Below are positions 58,414-64,000 of a stretch of DNA of 64,000 nt, piece by piece. The notes beneath the pieces are model-generated. The model ran no database searches and was not told the DNA's origin. It was given only the letters and a program-made list of their open reading frames with translations. Every line of letters begins with the position of its first letter. The first letter of the stretch is position 1. The position numbers and the translations under genes are program-made. Origin of the DNA: Candidatus Bathyarchaeia archaeon (GTDB lineage Archaea; Thermoproteota; CALKCG01; B24); assembly GCA_038870975.1 (NCBI GenBank), contig JAVZJD010000001.1:832001-896000 (forward strand). The letters are read 5' to 3'.

Positions 58414-59348
58414 ATGGCTAAGATACTTGTAACCGGTGGCCTTGGCTTCATAGGGTCCAACCTCGTCAAGGAGCTTAGGAGGAGGGGCATGATGTGTGGG
58501 TTTGCGATATCGTGCACTCTCCGGAGCCAAAATTCGTGAGGTGCGACGTAAGCAGGTTTAGGCAACTTGAGAGCGTCTTTGAAACAGCCGGAGACTTCGA
58601 GTACGTTTACCACCTTGCGGCTGAATACGGCAGATGGAATGGCGAATACTACTACGAGAACCTCTGGATGACGAACGTCGTCGGTACGAAGAATTTGATA
58701 CGTTTACAGGAGAGGAAGAGGTTCAGAATGATATTCTTCAGCAGTGCTGAAGTGTATGGAGACTATCAGGGAGTCATGACCGAGGATCTACCTGAGAAGA
58801 TCCACATACATTTGTTGAACGATTACGCTATGACTAAGTGGGTTGGGGAAATGATGGTAAAGAACTCCATGATGCAGTACGGTACTGAGACCGTTATAGT
58901 CAGACCCTTCAACGTATACGGCCCTGGAGAACATTACCATCCGTATAGGGGCTTCATACCAAAGTTCATATACCACGCTTTGCACGACCTACCGTACACC
59001 GTGTATTTGGTCCGCAAGAGAACCCTTGAGTACGTAGATGACTTCTGCACGACCGTTGCAAACGCAGTGGATAACTTCAAGCCAGGCGAAGTATACAACA
59101 TCGGGGGAGACACTCAATACGAGATAAAGTACATCTCAGATTTGATATTGAGGTGCTTGGGCAAGGATGACTCGAAGGTAACTTACAAGGAGGCCGAGCC
59201 CTTAACGACGAAAGTAAAACAGCCGGATTCTTCGAAGGCTAAGAGGGATTTAGGCTTTAAGGTCACAGTGGAGCCCGAAGAAGGTATACCGAGGACGATA
59301 GACTGGTTCAAAAGAATATATAGTCGCTCAGATCGTACTTTGAGTTGA
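58414..59348 (+). pseudogene. NAD-dependent epimerase/dehydratase with a single 1-nt frameshift at GGGG (58484-58487)
   Basis: ATG 58414 gives MAKILVTGGLGFIGSNLVKELRRR; adding one G restores G-H-D-V-W-V-C-D and joins the listed ORF 58494-59348 (YAMTK intact). Confidence 0.8.
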
Positions 59349-59374
59349 GGTGATATTGGACGAGGTTTGAAGAA

Positions 59375-60364
59375 GTGCTTCAGCATTACTCCAATAAGAG
59401 AGTGTTGATCACTGGTGGAGCAGGATGCATAGGCAGTAATTTGATTAAAGCCCTCTTAAAGGCTGAACCTGAGAAGATCATAGTAATAGACGATCTCTCA
59501 GCATCGTACGAGTGGAATCTTCCGAAAGACCCTAAGGTAGTATTCATAAAAGGCAGCATTTTGGACGAAGAGAAGATGAAGAGAGCATTCAGCTACAAAC
59601 CCCACTACGTCTTCCACTTGGCCGCTCACTTCGCGAATCAGAATAGCGTTGAGCATCCCGAGACGGACTTACTGGTTAATGGACTTGGAACACTAAAAAC
59701 ACTTGAATACGCAAATTTAGTAGGCGTTGAGAGGTTTGTCTTCGCCTCATCAGGTTGCTCAGTTTACGGAAGTCAAGCTCCCCTGCCATTAAGGGAGGAC
59801 TTCATATCCCTGCATTTGGATACTCCGTATCAAATACATAAGCTTCTTGGAGAATTGTACTGCAACTACTTCCACGATTACTATGGACTTCCAGTGGCGA
59901 TTGCAAGGTACTTCAACGTTTACGGGCCTGGAGAGATCCCTGGAAAGTATAGGAACGTCATACCGAACTTCATCTGGTGGGCTATGCACGGTCAACCCCT
60001 ACCAATAACGGGGACGGGTGAGGAGACGAGGGACTTCACATTCGTAGAGGATATAGTTGATGGAACATTAAGAATGGGTGCGATTGACAAGGCTATTGGT
60101 GAGGCGATAAATCTGGCATCTGAAACAGAAACCAAAATTATTGATCTTGCAAACTGGATAAATGAGATAACGGGGAATGAAGCTGGAATAGTATTTAAGC
60201 CTAGGAGGGACTGGGATAAAGCTGTTAGGCGGCGGGCATCAATAGATAAGGCTAAAAGACTACTGGGCTATGAGCCTAAGGTAGATATAAAGATAGGGTT
60301 AAGGAAGGTCTATGAGTGGATGTTCGAGAACAAGGATGAAATTAAGCAGTATGTAAGATTCTGA
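59375..60364 (+). CDS. NAD-dependent epimerase/dehydratase
   Basis: GGAGCIG, HLAA, YQIHK, RYFNVYGPGE, G.ETRDFT. Confidence 0.9.
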   Translation: MLQHYSNKRVLITGGAGCIGSNLIKALLKAEPEKIIVIDDLSASYEWNLPKDPKVVFIKGSILDEEKMKRAFSYKPHYVFHLAAHFANQNSVEHPETDLLVNGLGTLKTLEYANLVGVERFVFASSGCSVYGSQAPLPLREDFISLHLDTPYQIHKLLGELYCNYFHDYYGLPVAIARYFNVYGPGEIPGKYRNVIPNFIWWAMHGQPLPITGTGEETRDFTFVEDIVDGTLRMGAIDKAIGEAINLASETETKIIDLANWINEITGNEAGIVFKPRRDWDKAVRRRASIDKAKRLLGYEPKVDIKIGLRKVYEWMFENKDEIKQYVRF

Positions 60365-60462
60365 TAGCCTTCATGAATAATGCTGTATATAGTTAAAGAA
60401 CCCATATATAGTTTGAGAAGGGCCAGAATACAATATAATAGTTTTAGTAAGTAGGATAGGAA

Positions 60463-61743
60463 ATGAATATTGCTATTATAGTCAATAACTTTCATCCAGA
60501 GATAGGAAGTGCAGCTGATCTATTTTATCAACTAGCCATAGAATTTCAAAAAAGAGGGCATCTTGTCAATGTGTTTACAACTGAACCGCGATACTATAAT
60601 TTAGGTACTAGCTTAAAAGAGAAGTTTCTTTTACAAGCAGGTCTAAAGGGTAAAGGTAAGCTTTACAACGTAGAACAAATACGACCTATGCTAAATGTAT
60701 ATAGAGTAAAACTTCTACCGTTGATTTATCCAAGGTCTGGAAAAAACGCCTTCTTTAGAGAACTGGAACATGTGCTTCAACCGATAACATTTCTGACGAT
60801 GACTAACCATATAGCTAAATCTGACATTATTCTAATATACTCCCCTCCCCTATTACTTGGATATTTAGGGGTAATACTTGGCAAGCTTTTGAATATTCCA
60901 ACTGTTGTTAATGTTCAAGATATACATCCTGATGCCGTTGTCGATTTAGGCTTACTCAAAAGTTCGTTTCTAGTTTCATTTTTTGAACAAATTGAACGAC
61001 AAATGTACAAATATGCAAAAGCTATTACAGTTCACTCGGATGGTAATAAAGAAATAGTTATGAAACATAATATTAATCCGCAAAAAGTGTTTGTAATTTT
61101 TAATGCATGCTATATTCCTCCTGATGAAGTACTTTGTGATGGAGAGTTCTTTAGAAGAAGATATTGCTTAGAAGATAAATTTATAGTGACATATGCAGGC
61201 ACAATGTCTTTCTCTCAAGATTTGGATACGATAATTATTGCAGCAAAAATTTTGTCTAATTCTAATAAGGAAATCACTTTTATATTAGCTGGAGATGGTC
61301 CACAAAGGCATAACCTTGAGCTTCTTAGTAAGAAGCTGAAAGTATCTAACATTTTGTTTCTTCCTTTTCAAGGGGGTAACGATTACTGGCGTCTTCTGTC
61401 TGCAAGTGACGTTTGTCTTGTGTCTTTAAAGAAATCAAAAGTGAAGACTCCTGTGGTTCCAAGAAAACTTGAGGATATAATGGCGTCAGGAAAACCTGTG
61501 ATAGCTAATGTTCCTTTAGATGGAGACGTGAAGAAGTTTATTGAAAAAGCAAACTGTGGAATGGTTATCGAATCTGAGAATCCTCATAGCTTGGCAGAAG
61601 CAATTCAAAAAATGTATGATATGCCTAAAGAAGTTAGACTACAATATGGACGCAATGGAAGACTATATGCTATCCAGAATTTTTCAACTCAAGTGATAGC
61701 TAAACAATATGAGACTCTCTTCGCCTCACTATGCAGACTATGA
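60463..61743 (+). CDS. GT4 glycosyltransferase (WbuB-like)
   Basis: F.PEIG, SPPL, VQDI.PD, YAGT....QDL, GDG, P.K....MASGKPVI. Confidence 0.88.
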   Translation: MNIAIIVNNFHPEIGSAADLFYQLAIEFQKRGHLVNVFTTEPRYYNLGTSLKEKFLLQAGLKGKGKLYNVEQIRPMLNVYRVKLLPLIYPRSGKNAFFRELEHVLQPITFLTMTNHIAKSDIILIYSPPLLLGYLGVILGKLLNIPTVVNVQDIHPDAVVDLGLLKSSFLVSFFEQIERQMYKYAKAITVHSDGNKEIVMKHNINPQKVFVIFNACYIPPDEVLCDGEFFRRRYCLEDKFIVTYAGTMSFSQDLDTIIIAAKILSNSNKEITFILAGDGPQRHNLELLSKKLKVSNILFLPFQGGNDYWRLLSASDVCLVSLKKSKVKTPVVPRKLEDIMASGKPVIANVPLDGDVKKFIEKANCGMVIESENPHSLAEAIQKMYDMPKEVRLQYGRNGRLYAIQNFSTQVIAKQYETLFASLCRL

Positions 61744-61809
61744 AGCATAAACTAGAATTTAGCATACACTCTATTTTTAGAAGATACTAAAAGTTATTGG
61801 AGATAAATA

Positions 61810-62832
61810 ATGAATGAATCTTTAAAAGTATCAGTAGTAATTAATTCTTATAAAAATTTACAAAAGTTAGAGTCTTGCGTGAAAGCAGTAATAGAGACAT
61901 TGTATGATAATAAGGAAATAATAGTTGTTTCGTATGGAATACCAAAGATATCGATCAAAGCAAGCAATGTAAATTCATATATCGATAAATTAATATTATT
62001 GAAAGAAGATCTAGGTCTTCCTGCTCAACGAAACATAGGTTTCAAAGCTAGAAGTAATAACTCTAAATATGTTTTGTTTGTAGATGATGATGTGTTACTT
62101 ACGAAGTTGTCAATTAAAAACTTGATCAGCGTGTTAGAGAAGAACCCCCATATTGGAGTTGCTCAACCGTTATTAGTAACTCCTAATGGGCATATTGATT
62201 GTATAGGTGGATTTATTGATTTTTTGGGTTATAGTTATATGCCGTTTCATGGAGAGAGCCTCTCCTCTTTTAATGCGAGAAGGGAGTACATACCGATCTC
62301 TTATGCTGCTGGTGCTTGTTGCTGTTTAAGAGTTGACTATTTTCTTGGTAGCAAACATTTTCAACCTTTTGACGATTCATTTTATTTCAATTATGAAGAT
62401 GCAGATTTATCCCTTAGAGCTTGGATAAGGGGAATTGACGTTGTATGTATTCCTTCAGCTATAGCGATTCATGAAAGAGGCCGTACCGCATCGCTTAAAA
62501 GAGCACCGAATCATTTTATCTTCTTAGATACAAGAAATAAGTTTGTAAGTTTAACGTCAGTTCTTGAACCGAGGATGCTGTTCGTCTATATACCGTTCTT
62601 CATTATTTTTGAGTTATTAAAAGCCATCTATTTACTTGCAATACATCCAGTTCATGCGTTCTTAACGTTTAAGGCCATTTTATGCTGCCTTAAAGGCTTC
62701 AAGGAGATATGGATGCGACGGAAAATTGTAAGGAAAATAGCGGTAAAAAATAATAAACTTTCAAGTGTAATCTATAAGCCTGCTTTCTCAGCTTTAATTC
62801 GTGAATTCAAGATCCATTATGGCTTAATTTAA
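61810..62832 (+). CDS. GT2 glycosyltransferase
   Basis: SVVI.SY, RN.G, FVDDD, GAC, FD..F...YED.DLS.R. Confidence 0.88.
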   Translation: MNESLKVSVVINSYKNLQKLESCVKAVIETLYDNKEIIVVSYGIPKISIKASNVNSYIDKLILLKEDLGLPAQRNIGFKARSNNSKYVLFVDDDVLLTKLSIKNLISVLEKNPHIGVAQPLLVTPNGHIDCIGGFIDFLGYSYMPFHGESLSSFNARREYIPISYAAGACCCLRVDYFLGSKHFQPFDDSFYFNYEDADLSLRAWIRGIDVVCIPSAIAIHERGRTASLKRAPNHFIFLDTRNKFVSLTSVLEPRMLFVYIPFFIIFELLKAIYLLAIHPVHAFLTFKAILCCLKGFKEIWMRRKIVRKIAVKNNKLSSVIYKPAFSALIREFKIHYGLI

Positions 62833-62848
62833 TGAACTTATTTAAGGG

Positions 62849-63973
62849 ATGAATATGCGGATTCTTCACATATCAAATCCAGTTAGTATACCAGTGAAAG
62901 GTTATGGCGGAACAGAAAGGATAATTTATTCACTGGCTAAGAGGCAGGCAGAAAATGGGCACGAAGTCACCGTCATTGCTGGAAAACCTTCGTTCATACC
63001 GAATGTTAAGGATGCCTCCTTCATGAAAGGTTCTCCTTACACGGAAAGAAAATTCATAATAAAGAGATTTTTGACAGCATATTCGATGAGAGCCATGCTT
63101 GTGAGTCGAAGCGATAAATTTGATATAATACATAACCACATCTCAGAAGAGGCTATCCCTTTAACAATATTTTCAAAATATCCTGTTATAACAACACTAC
63201 ACTGCCCATTAACATTAAGAAAAATTTGGCCATTTATAACAACATCAGTAGCAAGTCTTCTACCAAGAAAAACAAAATTTGTCACGATAAGTAAAAGGGC
63301 TTTTAAGGTATATCGACCTTTTTTCGGTAATGACTTAATAACATATATCCATAACGGAATAGATATCTCAGGCATACCTTTTAACCCAAAACCTAAGAAA
63401 AACCATGAAATTCAACTGTGTTTTCTAGGAAAACTTGTTCCAGAAAAACATCCTATTTTAGCTATAAAGATTGCTGATTTGCTCTATAAACAAGGATACG
63501 ATGTAAAGCTATTTATGATGGGCAAATTGGATTTTCCATTGTCAAAATATGCTGAAAAATTAGTAAAAATGGTAAAATTAAGAAAATATGTAACGTTATT
63601 ACCAAATATAGCAACAGATAAAATGTACAATATCTTAGGAAATTGTGATTGTCTTATAGCTACATCATTTGAAATAGGACTTGTAACAGCCCAACTGGAG
63701 GCTCTTGCTACTGGCACACCTATTGTAGGCTTAATGGGTGGTTCTGCCGAAGAAGTTGTTATTGAAGGTTATAACGGTTATCTTGGGATAAATTTATATG
63801 ATATGGCAAGTAAATGCGTTAGTTCACTAAATATAGATCGAAGAAACTGCAGGAAAATTGTTGAGAATAATTTTAATGAACAGAGAATGTATGATAACTA
63901 TATGAAAATCTATGAAGTCGTTCTCTCCGAGAGACTCTTAGATAATCAAACCATAACCAGAAAGGAAAATTGA
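62849..63973 (+). CDS. GT4 glycosyltransferase
   Basis: YGGTER, GHEVTV, IHNH, TLH, HNGID, G...PEK, EALATGTP, EVV..G.NG. Confidence 0.9.
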   Translation: MNMRILHISNPVSIPVKGYGGTERIIYSLAKRQAENGHEVTVIAGKPSFIPNVKDASFMKGSPYTERKFIIKRFLTAYSMRAMLVSRSDKFDIIHNHISEEAIPLTIFSKYPVITTLHCPLTLRKIWPFITTSVASLLPRKTKFVTISKRAFKVYRPFFGNDLITYIHNGIDISGIPFNPKPKKNHEIQLCFLGKLVPEKHPILAIKIADLLYKQGYDVKLFMMGKLDFPLSKYAEKLVKMVKLRKYVTLLPNIATDKMYNILGNCDCLIATSFEIGLVTAQLEALATGTPIVGLMGGSAEEVVIEGYNGYLGINLYDMASKCVSSLNIDRRNCRKIVENNFNEQRMYDNYMKIYEVVLSERLLDNQTITRKEN

Positions 63974-64000
63974 GGCCCCCTTAGATAAATTTAAAACTAT

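Noticed and set aside
1-64000. CRISPR array, rRNA genes, prophage or provirus, and the many short antisense ORFs in the track
   Set aside because: No regularly spaced repeats, rRNA signatures or viral hallmark genes were seen; the short ORFs overlap well-supported genes on the opposite strand or in another frame.

Overview
A 64 kb stretch of an archaeal chromosome, most likely a TACK-lineage heterotroph such as Bathyarchaeia. The lineage is inferred from rpl38e, a short rpl13e, a C-terminally short rpl15e, a single-OB SSB, AglB, GINS/PriSL/PCNA and a free-standing tRNA-Ala(TGC). The window holds: (i) sugar and amino-sugar catabolic genes (FGGY kinase, GH106-like hydrolase, UxaE-like epimerase, Dac-like deacetylase, SIS-domain deaminase, BadF-type kinase, NagB); (ii) a core pcn-priL-priS-gins15 replication cluster, aspS-gatCAB, elp3, cgi121, htpX and ribosomal protein genes; (iii) two tRNAs; (iv) a 1,200-bp TnpB-only element that has replaced about 30 codons of the deacetylase gene, an IS5-type remnant and a vapBC pair; (v) the start of a surface-glycosylation locus with several pseudogenes and an AT-rich distal block. 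The best candidate for an undescribed system is a translationally coupled three-gene operon at 15642-22700. It encodes a soluble coiled-coil protein, a large sequon-rich single-pass surface protein, and a giant FtsX/MacB-type permease with a terminal Zn ribbon and no ATPase gene. All three carry the same CdvA/SHOCT-like helical hairpin motif on their predicted cytoplasmic side. All calls come from motif recognition by eye; no searches were run.
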